A stretch of 64,000 nt of DNA, taken from positions 62,001-126,000 of IMG/VR virus record IMGVR_UViG_3300028275_000006; one strand, 5' to 3'. The translations under genes were made by a program, and so were the position numbers. Position 1 is the stretch's first letter, and every line of letters starts with the position of its first letter. A model generated the notes under the pieces. It worked only from the letters and a program-made list of their open reading frames with translations. It did not search any database and was not told the origin of the DNA. Below are positions 46,953 to 54,852 of the stretch, one piece after another.

Positions 46953-47803
46953 TATACTTCCAATACTATGTTAGGGTTCCAGCCACTATCTTCGCTGTAA
47001 CCATCTGATTCGTAACCACGTGGATTACACACAACTCTTGTTTCACCAATCATATAATCAAAACAATGATGAGTGTGACCGTGTACCCACAGTTTGATTT
47101 GTGGACGATCCAAGATGAACTCACTCAAATCACTGTGGTAAGCACCGTTCATTAGTGTTTCACCTCTGTACTGTTCGTGTACACTTTGGAAACTCGGCGA
47201 ATGATGTCCTACTACAACAAACTTTTCGTCAGGGCGTTCTGCTACTACATTTTTGATGTAGCCAAGCATATGACGATGACGGATAACAGTATCATGTGGC
47301 TTAAGGTTAGTGTAACCTTCTTCTTCCTTTTTGATAACACGAAAGTCATTCATCATATCCCGCACAGCATGGAGTGTCAAAGGATCACCTTTGTTCATGT
47401 CAGTCCACAATGTACCACCAATAAATGTTACATCATCAATTTTCTTTGAGCCTGCCTCCAAGAAGTAGACATTAGGGAACTGAGCGCACTCCTCAGATAG
47501 TACAGTAAGTGTACGATTCCATTTACCGTGATAGAATTCATGGTTACCCGCTACGTAAATTGTATTTGGGAATTGGAAACTGCAACGTTTCAAAAAGTCA
47601 CGAAAGCGAGCTACCCTTTGTTGTTTACGTCCAAGGTCAGCAAACGCACCATACTCGTAGATGCTGGGCACAACAGGATGGTCGTAGAGTTCCTCTGCAA
47701 TCATAATATCGCCGGCAAGAATAAGCACATCGTAATCCTGATCATTTTGGATATTGATGTCGCTAAACTCTAAATGGAGATCTGACACAAGTTTAATTTT
47801 CAT
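46952..47803 (-). CDS. calcineurin-like metallophosphoesterase (start ATG 47803)
   Basis: SDLHLE, AGDI, GNHEFY, GHHSP, HGHTH. Confidence 0.88.
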   Translation of the reverse strand: MKIKLVSDLHLEFSDINIQNDQDYDVLILAGDIMIAEELYDHPVVPSIYEYGAFADLGRKQQRVARFRDFLKRCSFQFPNTIYVAGNHEFYHGKWNRTLTVLSEECAQFPNVYFLEAGSKKIDDVTFIGGTLWTDMNKGDPLTLHAVRDMMNDFRVIKKEEEGYTNLKPHDTVIRHRHMLGYIKNVVAERPDEKFVVVGHHSPSFQSVHEQYRGETLMNGAYHSDLSEFILDRPQIKLWVHGHTHHCFDYMIGETRVVCNPRGYESDGYSEDSGWNPNIVLEV

Positions 47804-47809
47804 ACTAGT

Positions 47810-47839
47810 ATTATACTTGAAATGTACCGATTCTGTCAA
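47810..47839 (-). promoter_or_regulatory. sigma70-type promoter (leaderless mRNA)
   Basis: TTGACA-18-TATAAT; ATG 7 nt downstream. Confidence 0.7.
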
Positions 47840-48206
47840 TGCTATTGCCCCATTTTAATATAAAAAATGTAGCATCTTGAGCAGTTAGTTTGGCTGTTAT
47901 AGCATAATCGGTATGATAGTTCATTGGAGCCATATGTCTATGCCATATAGGAGTTTCTACAGCGTGACTCATAACCCATTTACCCGATTCGCTTTCCTGC
48001 CATTCTAATAATGGTTGTGCGGCATACAGGTCTGGATCTTCCACATCTCCCATTTTAAATCGATGTACAATTAGTTCTTTGAACTCTACAACCTTGTCAT
48101 CGATTAAATTATATTGATGTTTGTAATGACCCGGAGGATTATTATTGTAATTGTTTGGAGTGGGCATAGTTACAGGCCAATTAAAACGGCCACTTATTGT
48201 TCCCAT
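47811..48206 (-). CDS. hypothetical protein (start uncertain)
   Basis: GDVEDPDLYAAQPL...W...GKWVM. Confidence 0.55.
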   Translation of the reverse strand: MGTISGRFNWPVTMPTPNNYNNNPPGHYKHQYNLIDDKVVEFKELIVHRFKMGDVEDPDLYAAQPLLEWQESESGKWVMSHAVETPIWHRHMAPMNYHTDYAITAKLTAQDATFFILKWGNSIDRIGTFQV

Positions 48207-48720
48207 TTTCTTCCTGCCATTTTCGAACAGACTCAGCAAGTTCTTCTCTAGTACGTAATTTAACGTTTTCTTCAACAACAGTACCGTCATCTTCACAGAG
48301 ACTGACTTGGAAAGGAGCGTCGATAACTAGGTAGTCATCTTCAACTTGCCAATCATGATTGCCTTCAAACAACCAAGCCGCACCACTGCGCTCGTCGTCA
48401 TCGTCTGGATCGCCTTCTAGGTAACACTCTTTAATTTGTTCTTGCTCTTCTTCAGTGATATCATCGCTAAATTCAAACCAACAAGCGTGTTGGTCATCTA
48501 ATTCAGACCCCCAACCGCAGTCTGTCTTAGCGTGTGCTTGAGCATCGCCTTCTAAAGGCAAGTTACAATCCATGTCTTCTTCAACAAACCCTTGACCCCA
48601 ACGATAGTGATCATCGATGTTGAACCAACTAATTGAACCATCCGCATTTTCGCGGTACATTTCAATGTGCCAGCAGATACTTTTCTTTTCTAACGGTTTG
48701 ATCAGATATACTTTGCTCAT
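48181..48720 (-). CDS. highly acidic hypothetical protein
   Basis: Asp/Glu-rich; resembles 48942-49445. Confidence 0.7.
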   Translation of the reverse strand: MSKVYLIKPLEKKSICWHIEMYRENADGSISWFNIDDHYRWGQGFVEEDMDCNLPLEGDAQAHAKTDCGWGSELDDQHACWFEFSDDITEEEQEQIKECYLEGDPDDDDERSGAAWLFEGNHDWQVEDDYLVIDAPFQVSLCEDDGTVVEENVKLRTREELAESVRKWQEENGNNKWPF

Positions 48721-48723
48721 TCT

Positions 48724-48945
48724 TCAACTCCGAAATGTTCTTGCCACATACGCTTGGGTTCGCTGATTATTGGTTGCCTTGCCATGAAACCATTCAGATT
48801 CTACCATTGCATCCAACACCATTCGTTCCATCAACTCTACATACTTTTCTGCGTATGCTTGACTATACGGCATTGCTGTAGTTTCGTTTTGCTTGACAGC
48901 ATAGATACGAGCCTGTTGCTCAAGTTGTTGAATTCGTTCGTTCAT
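48724..48945 (-). CDS. hypothetical protein
   Basis: MNERIQQL N-terminus typical of small phage ORFs. Confidence 0.6.
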   Translation of the reverse strand: MNERIQQLEQQARIYAVKQNETTAMPYSQAYAEKYVELMERMVLDAMVESEWFHGKATNNQRTQAYVARTFRS

Positions 48946-49445
48946 TCTTCGTCCTTAAAGTCAATAACATTACCGTCTTCATCTGCACAGATGATGCGTA
49001 CAGTTTCGCCGTCTTCGTTTTTAATCTCAATAGGACCCCAAATCCACCATTCAGTTTCATCTTGATACCATGAATCTTCGCGATCTTCTAAATCGTAAAT
49101 GCTATTCTCGTCGATAAACTCTTGCAGTTCTTCTTCCTCTTCTTCTGTTAGGCCATCAAACTCGATATCATACCAGCAACCACCGTCGTCCATACTGATA
49201 AGTTCAACTTCTTCAATATTATTGTATGAGCAGTCTAGCATATTGATGCTGTCTTTTCGGCCATCGCCTCCAGGAACTTCTGTAAATTCAAATTCTGGAG
49301 GATTGTCGTCACTGGTTTCTACTGACCATTCTCCCCAACGGAATCCATTGGTGGTAGTAATTCTGCCTTTACCTTCTCGTTGAACCCAAAATTCAACTTC
49401 TTGTACACTCTTTTTGTAATAAGTTCTTACTGTCCAGGTTGCCAT
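48942..49445 (-). CDS. highly acidic hypothetical protein (start ATG 49445)
   Basis: AAGGAG RBS; Asp/Glu-rich. Confidence 0.7.
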   Translation of the reverse strand: MATWTVRTYYKKSVQEVEFWVQREGKGRITTTNGFRWGEWSVETSDDNPPEFEFTEVPGGDGRKDSINMLDCSYNNIEEVELISMDDGGCWYDIEFDGLTEEEEEELQEFIDENSIYDLEDREDSWYQDETEWWIWGPIEIKNEDGETVRIICADEDGNVIDFKDEE

Positions 49446-49456
49446 GCTACTTCTCC

Positions 49457-49939
49457 TTAAAGTTCTAAACCGTTTTGTTTGGCATAATCCTCGGGTGATT
49501 GACGTTTTTTCTGATACTCTGCTTCGTGCATATCGCATAGCGTACGAATCCATCCGCCATCTCTACGTTTGCCAGGAGCACAACATTCTTCGCAACAAGA
49601 GTCTGCCCAGGATTCTGCCATGGTAACCATGCCGTGAATGTATTCGTCACCGCCTTGATAATAGAAACGAAGCCCGCCAAACTTTTCTTTAATTTGTTCT
49701 ACAACTACCTGCGGAATAAGTTCACGAGCAGGTTCTTTTTTATTTTCAACGTCCCAATCGTGTTGCTTCTTTGCCCAATCAATCCTGCCCTGTATATTGG
49801 CACAGAGATTTTCTAGGATAGGCCACCAACCTTTACCTACAGCAAATCCGCCGTAGCGTTCCGCAAACATTAATGGAAATCTTTCTTCCATACGTTTAGC
49901 AAAGGCTTCGTATTCGTTATACTCTTGATCTTCTGTCAT
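49457..49939 (-). CDS. conserved phage protein with Cys/His zinc motif
   Basis: QIKEKFGGLRFY, CEECCAPG, WIRTLCDMH. Confidence 0.7.
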   Translation of the reverse strand: MTEDQEYNEYEAFAKRMEERFPLMFAERYGGFAVGKGWWPILENLCANIQGRIDWAKKQHDWDVENKKEPARELIPQVVVEQIKEKFGGLRFYYQGGDEYIHGMVTMAESWADSCCEECCAPGKRRDGGWIRTLCDMHEAEYQKKRQSPEDYAKQNGLEL

Positions 49940-50190
49940 TTTATATCATCCGAGGTTTCAGGGAAATGGCTAATAATTAAATCTAATGCTTCAATGGTAC
50001 GCATATTGATTACAACATCTTCAGGGTGTAACCAATAGCCGTCTGGATTTGATTCTGTTTTAGGATTCTTTTTCCATTGACGTAATTCTTTTTTCAAGTA
50101 AGCACGATAGTCTTTTAGATTAAGACTAGTAATTCGATCCGCAGTTTCGCCATCAATCCATTGATAAGGTTTATGCTTTGCTTTACTCAC
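49936..50190 (-). CDS. hypothetical protein
   Basis: Coupled ORF. Confidence 0.6.
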   Translation of the reverse strand: MSKAKHKPYQWIDGETADRITSLNLKDYRAYLKKELRQWKKNPKTESNPDGYWLHPEDVVINMRTIEALDLIISHFPETSDDIK

Positions 50191-50408
50191 GACTTCAGTC
50201 CTTCTAACGTTTGACGTTTGGCTTCTTCTTTGACTTCTTGTTTATGAATTGTCTGCAATCCGCGAAACATTTCTTCGACTACATGAATAATAGCATTCTT
50301 ACCGTCTTCAGTTAAGTGACTGTATTCAGGACTTACAGTACTTTCGTGCCAGACTCTACCGTTTTGGCTAAGTTCTAGTAATGCTCCATAGAGCATATCC
50401 TTGTGCAT
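50187..50408 (-). CDS. hypothetical protein (start probably ATG 50408)
   Basis: Non-overlapping part of track ORF 50187-50666. Confidence 0.55.
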   Translation of the reverse strand: MHKDMLYGALLELSQNGRVWHESTVSPEYSHLTEDGKNAIIHVVEEMFRGLQTIHKQEVKEEAKRQTLEGLKS

Positions 50409-50421
50409 ACTTCTGCGGATA

Positions 50422-51744
50422 TCAAATTTTCTCGCCACTTTGGAACCCTCTAAAATGTAAGAAGCGCGGAAAGCGTAAAGAGTAACTTCCATCCTGGTTT
50501 TGTGTGATAGCGTCAGCACGTACCTCAACGATTTTGCCAACCACCTCTTCACGACCGGACCAATAAGCATCGCGATCAGCATCAGTAAAACCGCTACCAA
50601 CATTAACAATGATATCACGTCCATCGTCTCTGCCTTCGCAAACAAAAGCGCCAAGTTTTCCGACATTTTTACCTGTTCCTTCTTCTACTGCTGTAACAGC
50701 CAATGACACTTCGATAAATGGCTTTAGTTTAAGCCAAGCCACACTACGTTTACATTCATATCCAGCATTAGGATCTTTGATCATAATACCTTCGTAACCG
50801 CCATCGATTGCCTTTTGATTAATTTCTTTGAAACGTTTTTTACCTGCATCAGTATCGAGATCGACAAGTTCGTGTCCAACAACTGCTACATTAGGTAACG
50901 CATCTTTATGTTTCTTGTGCCAGTAGTAGACCATATCGCTACGATCCGATTGGCTTTTATCCCAAGAGCCTTGTTCAAAGTTTGACAAAGGTAGTACGTC
51001 AAACAAATTAAGTACAGCATCATCGCTTTGTACATCACTCTTGCGGTGTACCTGCTTCATCAAATCTTGGAAACTGCTAGACATAACTTCGCCGTCTAGC
51101 ACCAAATCATATGGCGGAGGATCTTGTTTAACTACTGCACTAATCTGCTCTGCTATGTGAGGAAAATTGACAAGCTCTTTGCCGTTACGACTAAACATAT
51201 CAACACGCCCGTCGGCCCTGACGATAGTAATAACTCGTACTCCATCAAGTTTGACTTCGATAAGTTTCTTTCCAACCACCTTAGCCTCATGATTTGCGCT
51301 ATCGTGAGCGAGCTGGCAACTAAACACAGGCACACTATAGTGAGCATATTTCTTCTCCACAACTTTGTTGATTGTTTTTTCGCTTACGCCACAACGCAAG
51401 TCTTTAATAAGGATACGACGATACCAGCCATTCCACTGTTTCTTAGTGGCTGACTTTATCATTGTTTGAATCATATCCCTCGCTGTATTACCGGTGACAT
51501 TGCGAGTGACAAAGCCAGTAATAGCGAGAGTAAAACTGCCCCAGTCTAAGCCTGGACCGTCTGCATCTGTTTTCTCTGGGATTTGTTTAAGTCCAAAGGT
51601 AATCATTGGATCTAATGCAAGACGCACACCTTCGAAGAATTCGTTGTTACCTGCCTCCGCTTGTGCAAGAATGATTGCTTCTTTGTTCAAACGACTAGGA
51701 TGATCTTCTAGTGTACTAATAACATTTTGGCATGGATCGCTCAC
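50422..51744 (-). CDS. ATP-dependent DNA ligase
   Basis: EVKLDGVR (motif I), LDGEV, YEGIMIKD, WLKLK, OB-fold VGSGF...SLRFPRF. Confidence 0.93.
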   Translation of the reverse strand: MSDPCQNVISTLEDHPSRLNKEAIILAQAEAGNNEFFEGVRLALDPMITFGLKQIPEKTDADGPGLDWGSFTLAITGFVTRNVTGNTARDMIQTMIKSATKKQWNGWYRRILIKDLRCGVSEKTINKVVEKKYAHYSVPVFSCQLAHDSANHEAKVVGKKLIEVKLDGVRVITIVRADGRVDMFSRNGKELVNFPHIAEQISAVVKQDPPPYDLVLDGEVMSSSFQDLMKQVHRKSDVQSDDAVLNLFDVLPLSNFEQGSWDKSQSDRSDMVYYWHKKHKDALPNVAVVGHELVDLDTDAGKKRFKEINQKAIDGGYEGIMIKDPNAGYECKRSVAWLKLKPFIEVSLAVTAVEEGTGKNVGKLGAFVCEGRDDGRDIIVNVGSGFTDADRDAYWSGREEVVGKIVEVRADAITQNQDGSYSLRFPRFLHFRGFQSGEKI

Positions 51745-51773
51745 AATATCTCCTAAAATTTAACTATGCTATT

Positions 51774-51802
51774 ATTTTACTGCCAAATTAACTCTTTGTC
51801 AA
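51774..51802 (-). promoter_or_regulatory. sigma70-type promoter for the ligase run
   Basis: TTGACA-17-TAAAAT. Confidence 0.7.
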
Positions 51803-52490
51803 TTGGTTTGACATAATTTAATTGGGTTTCAATGGATTTGGTTGTGTAATTTACACCGTGTGCTTTGACTCTGGCACGTATAGTTTGAGTCTCTCCAGTC
51901 TTACCTAGTGCAGACTTATTCAAAAAGTTTACCAAATGACCGCCATCTGTGACAGCATCGTGGGCATAGCAGTTAAGTTTTTTGACATATCTAGTATTAA
52001 CATATCTAATATTCAGTAAAATTGGCTCACCTACTACTCCGATATGCTCTTGTTTGGCAGTTTTGGACTCTGTGATAATACGTTTCTTTTCCATTTCTTT
52101 GAAATACAAACTAGGAACGCTGGCCAAAATACCAAAGTCTTTAAAAATTACTTCAGGTTTTTGAGTACTAGAAAACACTCGTTGCATATAGTCGTTGAGA
52201 TTGTCTGCAATAACACCAAATGTCAGTCTACGATAATAATGTATAATAGCACTGGCTGTATCTGTATCTTCCTGAGTAACTTTGACCAGTACTTTATAAT
52301 CTTTATTCAAGTCCGGAACCATTTGATAACTCAAATGTTCTTTGCTATTCCAGCGTTCATCGCTGTCAGGATCTGCATTGGTAAAAGCACTAACGCTGGT
52401 ATAGCCTTTAGTTCTAAAAATAGCACAGGCCATAGCCAAAACATTTTCAGCAGGCCATGTACGTTCATTTAATGGAGTAAAATCATTCAT
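51777..52490 (-). CDS. hypothetical protein (possible C-terminal OB-like domain)
   Basis: 237-aa ORF in operon. Confidence 0.65.
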   Translation of the reverse strand: MNDFTPLNERTWPAENVLAMACAIFRTKGYTSVSAFTNADPDSDERWNSKEHLSYQMVPDLNKDYKVLVKVTQEDTDTASAIIHYYRRLTFGVIADNLNDYMQRVFSSTQKPEVIFKDFGILASVPSLYFKEMEKKRIITESKTAKQEHIGVVGEPILLNIRYVNTRYVKKLNCYAHDAVTDGGHLVNFLNKSALGKTGETQTIRARVKAHGVNYTTKSIETQLNYVKPIDKELIWQ

Positions 52491-52728
52491 AATCGATCAT
52501 CGTTTGTTGTTGAATAAGAATGTTTTTGCCTATTTCAAATAAGCCTACCCCGCCAATAAGGTCTTTAACGCTGGCGTGAATGTTTACTTCGCCATCTTTG
52601 TCTATACTGGCCATGACAAATTCTTCCATGCTACCTTCTTCGATACGCTTACGCACTTCTTCGATAACATCCAGCATATTTTCTTTGCGACGTTTTTCGT
52701 TGCGGTCGTTGATGTTAATTACTTCCAT
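52483..52728 (-). CDS. hypothetical protein
   Basis: AAGGAG RBS. Confidence 0.6.
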   Translation of the reverse strand: MEVININDRNEKRRKENMLDVIEEVRKRIEEGSMEEFVMASIDKDGEVNIHASVKDLIGGVGLFEIGKNILIQQQTMIDYE

Positions 52729-53185
52729 TAGATTCTCCTTTATTACCCTTAAGATAATCTTTTTCTTTGTAAGTCTTAATCATGTGACAACGACAGCAGA
52801 GTGTTTGAATATTTTCTGCAACATCTTTACCACCATCGCTTTGACGTTCTAAGTGGTCGCCGTGCATTACACCACGCATACAACGTAATTTATGGAACGG
52901 ATCTTCGATATCGTCAAACTGCGGATCAACACGAGGATCGTATCCACACTTCTCGCACACCCACCCACGATAGAATGTGTGTGGACGATCCGCTTTGCCC
53001 ATACCACCGTACTCTGTTAATTGCAGTTGGTGTTCACGACAGTAACCATCGCTACCAGGACCATCGAAGATTGTAAGGTCATTGTCACAATCTTCTAACT
53101 TACATTTGCATTGTAAGCGATATTGTTCCTTAAGGATACTCTGTCCTTTGAGTTTATCCTTATTAGGATCTCTGAGCTTGGACAT
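52715..53185 (-). CDS. zinc-binding HNH (His-Me) endonuclease-like protein
   Basis: CEKCG...GDHLERQSDGGKDVAENIQTLCCRCH; ATG 1 nt after the upstream stop. Confidence 0.75.
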   Translation of the reverse strand: MSKLRDPNKDKLKGQSILKEQYRLQCKCKLEDCDNDLTIFDGPGSDGYCREHQLQLTEYGGMGKADRPHTFYRGWVCEKCGYDPRVDPQFDDIEDPFHKLRCMRGVMHGDHLERQSDGGKDVAENIQTLCCRCHMIKTYKEKDYLKGNKGESNGSN

Positions 53186-53186
53186 A

Positions 53187-54332
53187 TTACCACAAGTCTT
53201 TCTTAGCAACAGTAAAACCGTTGTTAGCAGAATATTCTGGTGTCTTCAATTTAGTACTCTTCTTAACCTGTGCAATCAAGAACGGAATACCTGTACGCAT
53301 TTCTGAAGTAAAGCCACGCAATCCTGACTCTGCGTATGACTCTGGGTTGGCCTTCTTGTACCATTCTTCATAGGCCATCTTAACCTTATCCCAGAACGGA
53401 CCGTTGGGGCCAAAGTCACCATCGAAGTATTCTTTTGTAAATGCCGCAAAGTCTAGCAAGTATTTGTCATCAACAGTAATGCCTTGTTCAAAACACAGAT
53501 TAAAGTATTCGTATAACTGACGTGCTTCCTTAGGTTCTACAGGACGTTGTTGGTTTAAGTAAGTCCAGTACTGAGCAAACATACGGGTGACTTCCGGATC
53601 CTTACGAGTCTTCAGACTCTTGCTCATAAGTGTGTCAGCCAACAAACTGAACGCACCAGGTTGGTCTTCGTCACCAAACTTGCTGTGTGTGGCAAACAAG
53701 CCAGCGGCCGCAAGATAATCGTTCTTCTTGGCTGTGTCAGTCCATTCGGTGTCATCTGCACCGTCAACCTTAGAGCCATAAACCATTTGCTTGTACTTGT
53801 CAATGAAGTCAAGTTCTTCTTTAGCATCGCCGTTTAACAAAATAAAGTTACGACGAATTTCTAATTTGTGTTTTACATTATACACAACCACTGGCACCAT
53901 TGTTTGTGCTGTGCGTTCACCGAACACTTTGGTAAGAATAATGTAAAGAGTAATTGCGGTGTGCTGTCCGTCCCAGGCAATGTAATAACCAGGCTTGTCT
54001 TCGTCAATATAAACTTGAATAGCCATAGTCATTGTGCTACGGAAGTGTTGAAGAATGTTTAGAACATGTCGCAGATTAAGACTGCGTTGCATCGTGGAGT
54101 CAATTAGGATCTTGTCCATTGGCACCATGATTGCTTGGCACAACAGCAGGTCGGTAAAGGTTGTCCATTCTTTGTGACGACGTTTAAATTCGTCAACTAC
54201 TCCGGTGAGTAGTCCAACAAACATAGGAGCGGTTTTGAGTGCTTCAGCCAAACGTTCTTGTAGAGTTACAAAATGGCTATCCGATTTGAGATATTGCTCG
54301 TTGATAATCTGAGCATGGGTTTTTTGTGTCAT
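53187..54332 (-). CDS. ParB/Srx-fold protein with DUF262 (GmrS)/DndB-like motifs
   Basis: MQRSL, WDGQHT, NFILLNG in the order QR...DGQ(Q/H)...FxxxN. Confidence 0.6.
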   Translation of the reverse strand: MTQKTHAQIINEQYLKSDSHFVTLQERLAEALKTAPMFVGLLTGVVDEFKRRHKEWTTFTDLLLCQAIMVPMDKILIDSTMQRSLNLRHVLNILQHFRSTMTMAIQVYIDEDKPGYYIAWDGQHTAITLYIILTKVFGERTAQTMVPVVVYNVKHKLEIRRNFILLNGDAKEELDFIDKYKQMVYGSKVDGADDTEWTDTAKKNDYLAAAGLFATHSKFGDEDQPGAFSLLADTLMSKSLKTRKDPEVTRMFAQYWTYLNQQRPVEPKEARQLYEYFNLCFEQGITVDDKYLLDFAAFTKEYFDGDFGPNGPFWDKVKMAYEEWYKKANPESYAESGLRGFTSEMRTGIPFLIAQVKKSTKLKTPEYSANNGFTVAKKDLW

Positions 54333-54397
54333 ATAATTTCCTTTCTAGGCCTTCTCTTGGCCACCTACACACAACATTATTATTGTGTATATGGAAT

Positions 54398-54426
54398 ATT
54401 ATACAGTCAAATTATTTAAAAGTCAA
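54398..54426 (-). promoter_or_regulatory. sigma70-type promoter for the ParB-fold/HNH operon
   Basis: TTGACT-17-TATAAT. Confidence 0.75.
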
Positions 54427-54427
54427 G

Positions 54428-54643
54428 TCAAAGGCGGTATGTAATTCGGCCTTTGGACAAATCGTAAGGGCTCATTTCAATCCGAACTTTGTCGCCCAAG
54501 ATGATTTTGATTTTATTTTGGCGCAGTCGGCCATTAGTGTAGCAAGTAAGAACATGCCCATTTTCCAAAGTTACCCTAAACATATTGCTAGGTAATACTT
54601 CAGAAATGGATCCTTCCATTTCTAATAAATCGCTTTTGCTCAT
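54428..54643 (-). CDS. infA: translation initiation factor IF-1
   Basis: [11 protein letters not shown]...FRVTLENGH...[21 protein letters not shown]. Confidence 0.93.
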   Translation of the reverse strand: MSKSDLLEMEGSISEVLPSNMFRVTLENGHVLTCYTNGRLRQNKIKIILGDKVRIEMSPYDLSKGRITYRL

Positions 54644-54813
54644 TCTTTAGTAAAGATCATACGACCATCGGTTACGGAGATATGAATTTTATCTCCTTCT
54701 TTCCATCCCATTTTTTCACAGATTTCAGGAGGAATTTTGAACATGACATTATCTGGATCTCCAGGTATGTCTTCGAATATTTCCTCTACCGTGTACGTTT
54801 TTGATTCGTTCAT
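54640..54813 (-). CDS. AbrB/MazE-like small DNA-binding protein (57 aa)
   Basis: Hand translation [57 protein letters not shown]; AAGGA RBS; ATGA overlap with infA. Confidence 0.65.
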   Translation of the reverse strand: MNESKTYTVEEIFEDIPGDPDNVMFKIPPEICEKMGWKEGDKIHISVTDGRMIFTKE

Positions 54814-54852
54814 AATCCTTAGTTTATTATATTAGTTTAAAAATGTCAACTT

